A stretch of DNA of 64,000 bases, taken from assembly GCA_011109175.1 (NCBI GenBank), contig RDEW01000036.1, forward strand, positions 375,583 to 439,582, written 5' to 3'. The translations under genes and the position numbers were made by a program. Under the pieces are notes generated by a model. It was not told the origin of the DNA. It did not search any database and saw nothing but the letters and a program-made list of their open reading frames with translations. The stretch comes from Dicyema japonicum. Taxonomy: Eukaryota; Animalia; Dicyemida. Positions 10,605 through 22,983 of the stretch are shown here, piece by piece (the stretch's first letter is position 1; each line of letters starts with the position of its first letter).

Positions 10605-12799
10605 ATGTCTGGATTCATCGAAGCGCCAGGAATTGAACAATTTTACATGACGAGAGATCCAATCCAAAATCTAGCCATAACGTAATAATAAACGCTAACA
10701 ATAAGCATAAAAATATTCGGAGCTTCTGACTTTACAAAACTCCCAGAGGATTTTTCCGTTATTGAAAAAGCTAACATTCAGAGTTTTCCGTCATTCACGG
10801 CTTATTTCAAAACCAAGTGGAAACAGACGGATTTCATGGCAAGAGAAAATACTAAGTCGGGTTTGATTATATCGAAATTTCAGCGAGAATTCGAAAAATA
10901 CAAACTTAAACAAAATTGCCGAAACGCCATAGAAAGCTCATATCATCACCTAATAACCGCCAAAGGGTTATTTTAAAACTTATTTAGACTAAACTCAACA
11001 AATGTGATTTTCACTTATGTCCAGAACGACCAGTACTCCGTCAACAAACAGGTTCGTCTGATCTCTTTCATTTAAAACAGAAGGAATTGGTCACAATAAC
11101 GACCTCCCAGAATGAAAAGCCGGTTCTTAGGGCTAGAAAACAACGGCAAAATACTCAAATGAATACAAAGTAAAAGTTTTATTATTTTTCAAGGAATTTT
11201 GTTAAAATTAAAAATCCTAAGGATGATTTGCAAGAATATATGGATTACACTCAATGTATATTATGTTAGATTTGGAAGTGGAAAAGACAACGAAATGTAT
11301 TTTTTTATTAATATTTTATTTAAATTTATTATTTAATATTAAGTAAACATTTAAATATTTTATTACAAAATATTTCTGTTGATGTTAAATAAATAATTAA
11401 ACATATTTAGATTTTATTATTAAATTGTTTGATTATTCAATTAATAATTTTTAAATAAATATTTAATTTTGTTAAATAAAAATTTTAAAGTGGACAACCG
11501 AGTGAAATAGAACTGTGTGAAATTCGCTATTACGGAGATGGTCAACTAAGCATTAAACCGGATTTTAACGAAAGTCGGCTTCCATATAAAATAAACAACT
11601 CTTCCGGTTCTTAACTCTTTATATTCCAGGAGTTTTGGCCTATTTAATAGAACACACTTCTCTACGACCCACAAAGTAATAAACGAATTATATTTTAAAG
11701 GCAAGAAAGTGAATTTGAAATGAAGTTATATAAATCAGTGACTTTCCTATATATTGTAGTTGTATAACAATCACGTCAAACATTTATCGTCTCTAGTTGG
11801 GTTTAACTTCGAAATGGTATATTTATGATTTAACTTTAGCCACCTACGAACTCAATAAAGATTGTCTGTTGTGGGGAAATTAGTACAATTCTTATAATCC
11901 GTAGTTTCTGCCACCAATTTTGACTTTGATCATTTCACCGTCAATTACGTCGTTGATTTGACAGACGGTACCCTGACTTCTTCATTTAGAGTGGTCTACG
12001 GATGATCTCGATTCCCTCACCGGGTCAACTCAGATATCGAGGACCAAATCTACTGTGGATCATGTTGGCTTGAAATGATATTTGTAGAGAAAAGTCGCCT
12101 ATTTCAGCTCGCCCTTTCAATTTGAGTTGATTTGCCATAAAAAGTTGATCGACGGTCTGTTTGTGGATTTTATTTCAGAATCTGCTAGTCGCTGGCCAAG
12201 GATGTTTTTTGAAGTTCTGTCAATCGACAAGTGGGGGAGATTCAGAACGGAAGGGTACGGGACATCGATAATTCCGTACAATGCTGGTGTTTGTAATTTA
12301 ATATTTTCAGGGATTTATGAATTTGTGGTGAACTGCTTTAGACCAAAGGGCAATGACAGAGTTTCTGAACTAAGGAGATTCTTCGTGGGAGGTTCAGCCG
12401 AGATTGACGATATTACGACAGCTTCCATTCCCATGGACTTTAAGGTTTCCCTTTAAACTTCAATATTAGGGGACTAAACTAAACAAATATTCCTTGCAGA
12501 CTGTCTCGACTGGAAAGATTAAGCTTAGATTCCAGGAAATTCAGCAAATTAGGTATTTTGATTCCCAATTTCAGTCAGAAAGCTATTGACGAGTCGAAAC
12601 GAGAAAGAGAGAATTTACTGCTGAGATTTTACCGGTGTTATATGTAATTATCCATAGAGCTGGGGATGATGAGGATTCTATCTTTCAAGCGATTGGTTTA
12701 TTAAACAAATTACTTGTAGAAGCGTTTAGACAACTGAGGAGACGAATGTTGTCAATAAGACAGGATATTCCATTGGATGCCGCAAACTTTAGTTACTGA
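10605..12799 (+). CDS. MKS1: Meckel syndrome type 1 protein (B9 domain, ciliary transition zone), multi-exon
   Basis: FYMTRDPIQNL N-terminus; ELCEIRYYGDGQLSIKPDF; WPRMFFEVLSIDKWGRFRTEGYG; SELRRFFVGGS; C-terminal EAFRQLRRRM. Introns are mostly 21-29 nt. Confidence 0.88.
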
Positions 12800-12829
12800 C
12801 TGTTCTTTAACGTTTTTGTAGATTCGATT

Positions 12830-13185
12830 AGTTACACTATCTCTTCCTTCAGTAGGTTTCATCCAACCACCATGTTTACGATCCAACGATATTTTCGTTC
12901 GTCATATTGTTGTCTTTCATTGCTTCCTTATCGCATGTGATCACTCTTCTCCTATTTTAGAGGTTCTTGCTCTGTTTTTGTGAGATCTTTGCACAGTAAC
13001 AAACGACTAATATTTTTTGTTGAGTTCCATAGAAATAAGAGGGTTTTCACATTTTTGAATTGGCCAAATCGTCTGAACAGTCTTCCTTCCAGTATTTTAC
13101 TTTGGCGGATTTCAGATTTTAAGGAAATTATCTTTCTTACCAAGTGGTTAATTGGCTGGAAGGTTGAGGTGGTGACGCTCTTCTA
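12830..13185 (-). mobile_element. Decayed LINE fragment (probably Ingi/Vingi-like linker region)
   Basis: Weak similarity to 32400-32690 and to the EN-RT linker of 36870..37793. Confidence 0.3.
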
Positions 13186-14479
13186 TTGCATGAAATATCT
13201 ACGTAGCTTCATGATAATGAAATGCTTGTCTTCCTTCTAGTTAGTATGGACGAGGTTCCTTCTATCACGATGGAATCAAGAGGTATCGTGAAGATCTAAA
13301 CAACAGAAGTGTGGATGCTACTAAAATCCAGATTCGAATCCCGTCCAACCACAAAATACCAAGAACTTAAATCGCCTGTCAGAAGCTTATCTCTTGATGA
13401 GTTATCTCTGACAGTGGTTGCCATTCATAGGAAATAAGAATAAGATAAAAGTAAAAATTTAATCCAATTAATTAGACTTTTCGCATTGGTAGTAAGATAC
13501 GAATAGATAAATGTTTATTTTTCTCACTGGAAATGGTCTCGTAGACCATAGTACAACGAATCTAGTCAAGAACAATATATGAATTAAATGGCGTACAAAT
13601 TACTAGCAAGTTAGTACGATAATGACAAAATCGGTCAACGATATGAAAATATTGGGCAAGAAAACTCAATGATTCGATTTATGACAGGGATTTTCAAAAT
13701 TATACAAAATTATTTATTTTAACTGTTTAATGTTTATTTTCGTCTGAATACTCTCGTTTAATGGTTAATTGATTATTTTGAGAACTAATCAATTGTAAAC
13801 TTTAACTATCTAAATTGATGTGTCCTCCAAGACCATTTTTTCTGGACGAAAAATTGTCTCCGACTTTATCTCCCACGTTTCCTCTTCGCACAGATCATCG
13901 CAAACTTCATTCGGATCTGGATGAGGTAGTTAATAATTTTTTTCTTCCCTAAAGGAAACCTAACCAAGTTTCTATAAATTAAGTGAGACGGGATTTTTAA
14001 CCCAAACGTTCGTGCATCCAGTGCTTGTTAAATCAAAACTGGATATCTGACGTCTCTGGAGTCTAACAAGATGAGGTTCGAGAAGTTACATCCTTTGAGG
14101 AATGGGAATTACGGATACAAGACTTATATCAAGTCTATCAGAGCTAAGTCGCCAGCTTAACCTTCTGGTCTATTAACCACTGTTTTGGGTGGGTAATTTT
14201 TAAGAAAAGTGGATCTAATTTACCTATTGCCAAGGGAACCCCGTCAGTCACTCGACAAGGCCATCGACTTGTGAACCACACTAACCACCCAGTAGTAGAT
14301 TTCCTAGATTTCCTATATTATGAAATGATAGATTCCATTGAAGCTCTTGTAATCAAAAATAACTATGAATTTTTAAGTTTTTTTAACTGTACCGTTAAAG
14401 GAAATATCACCGCACATATTATTTATTTGGAACTTCTGAGTCACCTGAAAAGAAAATCCAAATATAGTTAAAAAGTTCG

Positions 14480-14950
14480 GTGATTTTAGTCCCCGCGATA
14501 AGCAGAGTAGTCTTCCATTATATTCCTCGCTTCTTGGAAAAGTCCTTTATTTTGGTTGAAACAAAAGATAGATTGGGGGAAAGAACTGTAGAAAACCGAT
14601 TTTCCTTAGCTCAAAGAAAAATAGAAGAAGCGGCATTCTGCTTTCATCACATTACAGATAATGATTTGACGTTCAGGAGTCTTGAGAAAGTCTTGAAACT
14701 GATTGGCACGTAGTGTTTCATGAGTATTCAAGGTTGTATGTGATATAAGTAGTTTGAGGAGAACCTTCTTGTCCGATGTGTATTTGCCAGAAATTGCGTC
14801 ATGAATTGTTCTTATTAAGGTGACTGACCAAGTGCAGTCATTTTTGGTTATAGTACTCCTTTCAGCTAGACAGATCCTTTAGTTAGGCTCTCTATGGTTC
14901 TAAAGAATTAGGATCCTGATGGTACCATTTTGCTTAGTGAAAATCAATCC
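14480..14950 (-). mobile_element. Decayed RT fragment homologous to 25490-25760
   Basis: Shared block gacgttcagg.gtcttgagaaagtctt.aaactgattggcacgtagtgtttcatga... Confidence 0.6.
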
Positions 14951-15296
14951 ACTTTTTGAATGCCTTATCTATCGAGTAATGGGGGAGTCCGGTTGTCAAT
15001 TCCTTGTCAACAATTTTTTAATCAGATCAGTTTATCTTTTGTAGTTTTTAATCTCTTGAGTTCCTACATCCGTGTCAAGTCATCACTCTAATCATCGTGG
15101 GAATAATGTAGGGGACAGATGCCAATAAGAACACAGTACAGGAGGAACCACCACATTTAAATAGAGACTCTTTTATTAGATGGCATTTTATGACTTGTAT
15201 TTTTCACGGTTAAACGATAAAGACCAAAAAATTAATTTATTTTCGGTTAATTAATAATTGATTTATAATAAATTGAATTTTAATGAGTAAATAGAA

Positions 15297-17252
15297 ATGA
15301 TTTCAGTGAGGAACTTTGCCACTATGGAAGATCCCAATGAGAACAATTCCAGTAAAAGCTACTCCCTGTTTTCTATATCCTGCAATAGCCTAAGCTACAT
15401 AAACCTTGTTGTCATTCCATATTCGTGCATTAACTATAAAGGAGGTTTGGGGTTATCCCTATTCTAGTCGTATTTCTGATTCCGTATTTGATATTCGTTT
15501 TTGTTTGTGCAATCCCTATCTCATACATTGAAGTCCTCGTTGGTCAAATGTCCAGAAAAAACGTGATAACCGCATGGAGTTTCTGTCCTATGTTTTCTGG
15601 TTACCTGTATTCTGAATCATAGGAATCGGGCCAGCGAGTATCATAAATAATTTAGGATTTGGGTTCATTCATATAATAATCGCCGCCGTTTCTTCGGTAT
15701 ATCTTTTTACTGCCATCAAACGCCCATTTCGCTGCGAACACTGTCGACCGAATGATTCCAATAATACCTTAATCAATGTAGACAAAGTCGACTTCTTGGA
15801 GTAATTGAGATTTGCCTCATTTTAGAAACTGGTCGAGACCTTTAGGGTCAGAAATAGTACTCGAGTCTGAAAATCACTTAATTTTCGTCTATGCGTTTTT
15901 AATCTGCGCCTTCCTATTCCTATCGACTTTCAAAAAAAGAAGGGAGATTAGAATTGTGGAAAATTGAATTTTTTATTTTTAGGTGAAGCTCGTGGTATTT
16001 TCACTACAAATTCTGATTTTGAGCGTTTGTTTCATCGGCTGCTTCACTCTCAAAGGATCATCAATGGGAATGCGATATTTTTTCCAATTTGACTTTGGAA
16101 TACTGAACGATTACAGAGTATTTCCTGTTATAACAAAGATATGGAAAGATGCTGGCTACTACGCTTTAATTTCCCATGGAATTGGGTTCGGACTTTTAAC
16201 GACGTTAGCGAAAAATAACTTTCCCGACCATAACATCAAACAGTACATTCAAACAACCTCATTTAAGGGACATTGCGGCCTTTTTTGTTGTGAACTTCTT
16301 GGTCATCCTAGTTGGAATTATAACCAGTTTTTCTTTGCTGGGGTTTTTTGCGTTCAAAAGTAACGTGCCGATGTTTCAGATAGACCACGGTGAGTAATAT
16401 TATTATTTCAGATAAACTCATGCGTGTGTCTCTCCCGATGATTATCATTGAAATGAATAACTCGGAGATTTGGGGGATCGTAAATTTTGCTTTCCTAATA
16501 CTGACGGGACTCAATAATTCAGTACCTTTGAGGTTAAGCCTGCAGATTCTCAGTTTTGAGGTAATCCTGCTTTCGTTGTATGAAATTCTGAAGCCAAAAT
16601 TTAATAAGAAATATTTATATGAATTTGTATGTTTTGCTGTTTGCAGTGCATCCTTCATCGTAGTTGCCTGCGATTTCTATGTGGTAGCAGCATTGTTAAT
16701 TTCAGCGGAAAGAATATATTTTCGACTCAATAAAACACTTTTTATCCAACAGAATGATCCCAATTATCGGACTCTTAGAACTCGTCGTGATCATTTGGCT
16801 GAGTGGTTGACTTGGTCTAAATTAGTAAAGGGTACCAAAAACTCGAGAAAGAGATTAAAATTTTGCATAATAATTTCCCGCATTCAGTTTCAAGTACATT
16901 TTTTCAGTGATAACTTCTGCTGGCTTTCTGGTTTGATTTGTAGGAATTTTAGATTTTGATCAGTTTGGAAATTGTGGATGTCTATCAAATGAAGGTATTG
17001 TCGGGTTGGGAGAAGGCAGAGAAAATTATGGCATTTGTGTCTGTCCTGGTCTCGATCAGTATATGCGGACTAATCACATTTTTAAAGCTAAAAAAACACC
17101 CATTAAAATCGGTTTGATGAATGTAATGACATGTAGAGATTGAATACTTTCTTGAATGCTCGGATTTCATATCAGAGACCGCTTATTATGAGAGAATGGA
17201 GTACACAAAGTCTAATCCTGGACGTGAACCATTTATATTTAGATTGGGATAA
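15297..17252 (+). CDS. Divergent SLC6 (sodium:neurotransmitter symporter) family transporter, multi-exon
   Basis: FLIPYLIFVFVCAIPISYIEVLVGQMSR, AWSFCPMFSGIG and IWKDAGYYALISHGIGFGLLTTLA, plus multiple TM segments. Introns are ~20-26 nt GT-AG. Confidence 0.85.
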
Positions 17253-17334
17253 TTTATAACTAATAAACAAATTAAAATTGTATTAAAATTTAATAAATCT
17301 ATATTTAAATAATTAAATTATAATAAATTATATC

Positions 17335-18690
17335 AGGTAGTGTGGTGGTTATTCATGTCTGTTGGCCCTTTGCATGAGGAACTTCCAATTCTTAAAAAAA
17401 CAACGGAACCAGAACAGCAGACAAATAATTCTGATCGTAACGAACCTGTTTTGTGAACTGGCTAAAACTATCTGCCACCTCTTGATAAAACCATGTCAAA
17501 AACAATACATCACCACATGTCTACCAAGACCATCCAAAGACTGATCTGGAACGAGCTGTTGGATGGCCTTCTCCAATTGGATGATGAATCGAAAACTACC
17601 TTGACGCAAAACAGAAGACCCTGATGTAACCACATTTTAGGCACCTCTTCTTTAGAGGAGAGTCGAGCTCTTGGTTTCATTACCAGACCTGCAATTGGAT
17701 TTGATTCTCACGTCGCTACCTACTTTGTCGAAGGATTCTTTTCTCTTTTCCAAAATGCTTGGAAAGATTGTGACTCTCTGAACATGGGAAATACCGCGAA
17801 TCACTGTGAAACTCTCAATATGTCTAAATGATTCAAATTCATGCCAACTGGGTTGTTCTCTGTTCATGACAACCTTGTCAGGCTCAAGGAAAGAGCAACG
17901 ACCTAATGTGAGGCTCTGTTGGAACTTTACAGTAACATAGTTAACTAATTATAGTCTTTATTTGTGTTTTTTGAATAAAATCATTCGCTCATTTAACAAC
18001 ACACAGCTTCTAATGACGATCCTTCCAGTTATCACGATTTTTGTCTTATACGAGATTTGAGGCTGAACACTTTGTATATCTAACACTACATTCAGAAATT
18101 CTGGTTTATGCTGTCTTCCATGCTCACCGCCTTAACCCTCAAATCATTAACCCAATGACCAATAAAAATCTATTTCCCTAGACGACTTTCCTTTTTTTAA
18201 CACGCAATCAAAATTTATTGTTTCCCATGAATCCCCGTGCACAACACCACTGGAATGTTCATGGCATTTGATTTATAGAGCGGCCGAATCAGACATAAAT
18301 CTATCTCTCCCTACTCCAGAAGAGGGTTTCCAGATAGACGTGATTCTCGGACAGGATGCTCCCATTCCGACCATTGGAATTGAGTCAAGCACCACAACGA
18401 AAAGATATGAAATTAAAATAACTTTATTAACTAAAATTATCGTATTTCCTAGAATCACATTTGTAATCAGTCTACCACTTCGATTACTTTGTAAACGTAA
18501 AATGATAAATTGTGAAGCATTTTGGAATCCTCTAACAATTCAAACGTTCACGAATACCTTGGTAATTGAACTGATCCAAAATCTCATTAATATTTGACAT
18601 AATCTTAGATTGACAAACTCCATCGGCCGATAATGCAGTCTTCAGGACAATTTTAATGCTGTTTATGATAACCAAGTAGTTTTCTAATCA
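17335..18690 (-). other. Probable spliced gene or pseudogene of unknown function
   Basis: Coding-like composition between AT-rich spacers. No family recognised. Confidence 0.25.
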
Positions 18691-18750
18691 AATCACCAAG
18701 TCAACAAACTGTGAATTTTCTGGAGAAATTCGAATTTTATTTTGTTGGCT

Positions 18751-19589
18751 TCATGCTGAGACTTCTTTCTCAGTCGACAAATTCTCGAATTCATAAAAAT
18801 TATACTTTGATGAGAGATTCGCCCTCTTCTTTCTGACGTCTTTTTGATTCTCATGACTTCTATAGGTGGAGACATTGTCGATGTTATCGAGGAGTGCTTT
18901 TATGGAATTGATTTCATTTCCGAATCGTTTTAGCTTTTTCGGAGAAGCAAAAATTGTATTTGAGTCTCCACGACGAATTTTCTTGAGTGGTTGAATCATC
19001 TTTAACGAAAATGCGGAGGAAATCGGATCTTTGTATCCGACTTCTTTGAGGGGATCGATGCCTCCGTTTGAAGTGACTAAAATGGTTTCCTTGGGTCCTT
19101 TTTTGAAATTATTGTATTCCCAGAAATAATCAAGCTCATCAATTGCTTGTTCTTTTCGACGCCTCGCAATCTGTCGTGCAGACACGTCGAAATACCAATT
19201 TGAGTAGTCTGCATTATATTTTCCAAAGTATAAGCAGTTTTGAGTTATGTAGTTTTTGTGATTTCGTAATATTGCTCAAATTCATTGTTATAATCGTAAT
19301 AATCAGAATAGTTGGAGTAATTTTGATATTCGTCATTCGCTGGGTAATAGTACTCGTTTTCCGTGTAGTAATAGTCATCCACGTGACTGTAGCATTCGTA
19401 GTACTGTGGATGATAATATTGGTTGTATTCGTCATAGTAATCATCAAAACTGTAATTCGGTTGATATTTGTTGACAGATGTATAACAGGGGTCACAAAAT
19501 TCTGAGCTATGAAAGTCACGTGGAATAACTGCTGAGTATTTTGGGACATTTGGATAATTTGGGTTGGTGGAATAATTCCAATTAGACAT
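18751..19589 (-). CDS. Intronless Tyr/Asp/Asn/Glu-rich protein with basic C-terminal half (~280 aa)
   Basis: ORFs 19245..19613 and 18751..19185 join into one frame (..EQYYENHKNYITQ..WYFDVSARQIARR..) if one A is added near 19262. Confidence 0.55.
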
Positions 19590-19754
19590 TTTAGAAAACG
19601 GGAAGATTCGCATTTATATTCTCGGATTATGCGTATTTTAACAGTTTGAGTGATTTTAGATTTGATATTCCACTTATCATTACAATTGTTATTGGAAAGA
19701 CAAGTTTATATTAAATGGTAAGCACTATCACGTTAAACCTGTATTATCATCCCC

Positions 19755-20870
19755 AATGTACTGATTCAATACATAATTGTTAGTGATAGTCAACGTGGTG
19801 CCCTAAGACAGATTTTTCAGCTTTATCTTAGATTTTCTGTTACTAAGGATCTTTAATAAGTCTTCACCAAAGTAATGATTCAATACATAATTGTTAGTAA
19901 TGGTCAACTTGTAGGGCCTAAGACAGATTTAGCCAGTTTTATCAAAGATGCTCTGTTAGGATCTTAGATAAAGTTTCCCCCAAAGTAATTATTCAGTGTA
20001 TAATTGTTATGACGTCTACTTGTGATGCCCTAAGACAGATTTAGCCAGTTTTATCCAAGATGCTCTGTTAGGATCTTAGATAAAGTTTCCCCCAAAGTAA
20101 TTATTCAGTGTATAATTGTTATGACGTCTACTTGTGGTGCCCTAAGACAGATTTAGCCAGTTTTATCCAAGATGCTCTGTTTAGGATCTTAGATAAAGTT
20201 TCCCCAAAAGTAATTATTCAGTGTATAATTTTTATGACGTCTACTTGTTGGTTGCCCTAAGACAGATTTAGCCAGTTTTATTCCAAGATGCTCTGTTAGG
20301 ATCTTAGATAAAGTTTCCCCCAAAGTAATTATTCAGTGTATAATTGTTATGACGTCTACTTTGATGCCCTAAGACAGATTTAAGCCAGTTTTATCCAAGA
20401 TGCCTCTGTTAGGATCTTAGATAAAGTTTCCCCCAAAGTAATTATTCAGTGTATAATTGTTATGACGTCTACTTGTGGTGCCCTAAGACAGATTTAGCCA
20501 GTTTTATCCAAGATGCTCTGTTAGGATCTTAGATAAAGTTTCCCCCAAAGTAATTATTCAGTGTATAATTGTTATGACGTCTACTTGTGATGCCCTAAGA
20601 CAGATTTAGCCAGTTTTATCCAAGATGCTCTGTTAGGATCTTAGATAAAGTTTCCCCCAAAGTAATTATTCAGTGTATAATTGTTATGACGTCTACTTGT
20701 GATGCCCTAAGACAGATTTGACCAGTTTATCTGAGATGATCTGTTACTAAGGATGTTCGATAAAGTATCTCCCTAATGATTCAATACACAATTGCTAGTG
20801 AAATTCCACTTGGGAGTCCTGAGACGGATTTGGCATTTTTATCTAAGATACTCTTGCACTAACAATCTTG
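19755..20870. repeat. 112-bp tandem repeat array, ~7 near-identical core units plus degenerate flanking units
   Basis: taagacagattt recurs at 19919, 20031, 20143 and onward (period ~112). Confidence 0.97.
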
Positions 20871-21003
20871 GATGTATTTATTATACATAAAATGTTTGAA
20901 TGACTTGTTAAAATAAACTCATTTGATTTAAGTATTATTAAGATTGTTTGAAAATCTACAATTTATACACTTCAAATCCGACAAAAGGGTAATGGTAACC
21001 TAG

Positions 21004-22030
21004 CTAATTAAATGATCCCAAATCCTCCTTTGTTTTGTAATCATCAAAAAGTATCTCTGCCACCGCTTCTCGGAAGTATCTCTGCTTGAATCTATACTGA
21101 AAGTCGATAAGAGGCGAATATCTAAGGAAGGACCGTTTCATCAGGAAAGAGATTGTACAGTCAAAGTTTGAGGTTAGGATGGATTTCGGAGTCAAAAACA
21201 TTTTTTGTAAGTAAAGTCCTCGAGACAGAGTCACACGTCTTTCAAGAATCAATAAAAATCATCGCCGAGTTCATATTGGGGATTGGAGTATTAAAGCCGG
21301 TGATTCGTGTAGAAATACCAAGTCGGGAGCCATGTTGGAATAATTGTGACATAAGTCGGGTTTAATCTCATAAGAACTAACTCCACTAACACTTTTGGAG
21401 TAAACATGTCAGAGATAACGGTGAGTTTGTAACATAGTCTTGTTAGCAAGTTTTCAGTATTTGTATTGAGGGAAAGACTGCATCATCCTTATCTTCAAGT
21501 GCGTTTTAGCAGAGTTTTAGAATCGTCTAGAAAGAGTTCGTGAACTCTTGTGATCGAGACAACCAATTGGGAATCTCCACTTTCGTTTATTTTGTAGTCG
21601 TATTTTCCATGAAAGGGATATGTTACGTTGTCTTAAAGAGTCAATAGTGTCTCCATCATGCATTTGTGATCGTTTAACATATTCTTATTTTTTTATAAAG
21701 GTGACCTTTCTGAGCATAAACTGGGATTGAAATCCATGTACGAGGATTATATTTGCTGGCTTATCAATCCTGATATTCTTCACCCCGCACCCAAGAAAAC
21801 AAGAAACCCAGATCATTGATTTTGTGTCGAAAAGAAAGATATTTACTTACACCCGATCCATCAAATGAAGAAAACGGTTTGCTAACTGGAGAGTAATGAT
21901 CATAAGCGAACACTCCCTGAGATTCGTCAGATGCATCTGATGTGAAGTCACGATAAATTAAAGAGAAGGAAAACCAAGAAGGTAATTCAGGGCACTCTTA
22001 GCAACCACCTTATCTTCGCTCGTGTTTTTC
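21004..22030 (-). other. Probable spliced gene of unknown function
   Basis: Exon-like open stretches ending ...EAVAEILFDDYKTKEDLGSFN*, with mini-intron-like gaps. Confidence 0.3.
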
Positions 22031-22209
22031 ACGGTGTCTCAAAAGCTTTCACTAGGCCGGAATAAGCTTTTTATGATCCTAACCGCAAGTAAAGTTGTAA
22101 TTAGTAAAAAAATGGTGTGATATATAAAAAATTAATAAATATGTATGAAAAAGTAAAAACATCCTGATAATACTTGATAGTTATCTAATAATTAAATCAT
22201 GGTCATAAT

Positions 22210-22893
22210 AATGGATATTCGTTTCTAATAAATGATGCGGAAATAAGCTAGGAATGCCGAGGAAAAATACAAAATGTTAGTAGACCGGTTTACGTTCTGG
22301 CTCATTACAGTTGAGGCAACTATAAGAGTGAAATAGATTGATTTCCTCAAAAAGGTGGATTGTCTGGCTACATTAAAGACCACTACGCATGTGAAACAGT
22401 GGTTTCTTTACTTGATCTCTGTTGCAATCGTGAGAGACAACGCAATGACGATTTTCTCGGCGGGGACTGGATCCAAAATACAAAAATTCAACTAAAGGAA
22501 ACGGAAATTCATTAATAGTGTCGGGATTCCTAATTTTATTTCTATTACCTTTATTTTCGACAAGACACATAGGTCTCATGCAATGTATAGCTGTCATTTA
22601 TAGGTTGTTCAATCTATAAGGTAAAAGTTGAAATTAGTATGGTCTCTTCCTTTTGTGCTTAAAGAAACTTTGCACCGTACTGCTTTGCTCCATTTCATTT
22701 TCGAATCCTGAATTTCATTGAGTTATTTAACATACAAAAAAGAAAGGTGTTCTTTAGGTGTAGGTGATTCGAGCCTCCTTAGCAGCCGTATCAATTTTTC
22801 TCGGTGTTCCTCCCAAGAACTGATTTATTTTCTTTATAAATGAGTACATTTCGGAATAAGGTACATAATTAAAATTCTAACATTTTTATCCAT
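22210..22893 (-). other. Probable small spliced gene of unknown function
   Basis: ATG after an AT-rich spacer, exon-like ORF 22373..22597. Confidence 0.25.
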
Positions 22894-22983
22894 CATTTGA
22901 GATATTTTTAATAAATTTTATTAACTTAATAATAATTTAATATTTATAAAATAACCTATTAATAAATAAAAGATAACCTATAA

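Noticed and set aside
13200-14470. Possible gene between MKS1 and SLC6
   Set aside because: No consistent spliced frame or recognisable family could be built.
19755-20870. CRISPR-like array
   Set aside because: Units are fully tandem with no unique spacers, there are no cas genes, and the context is eukaryotic.
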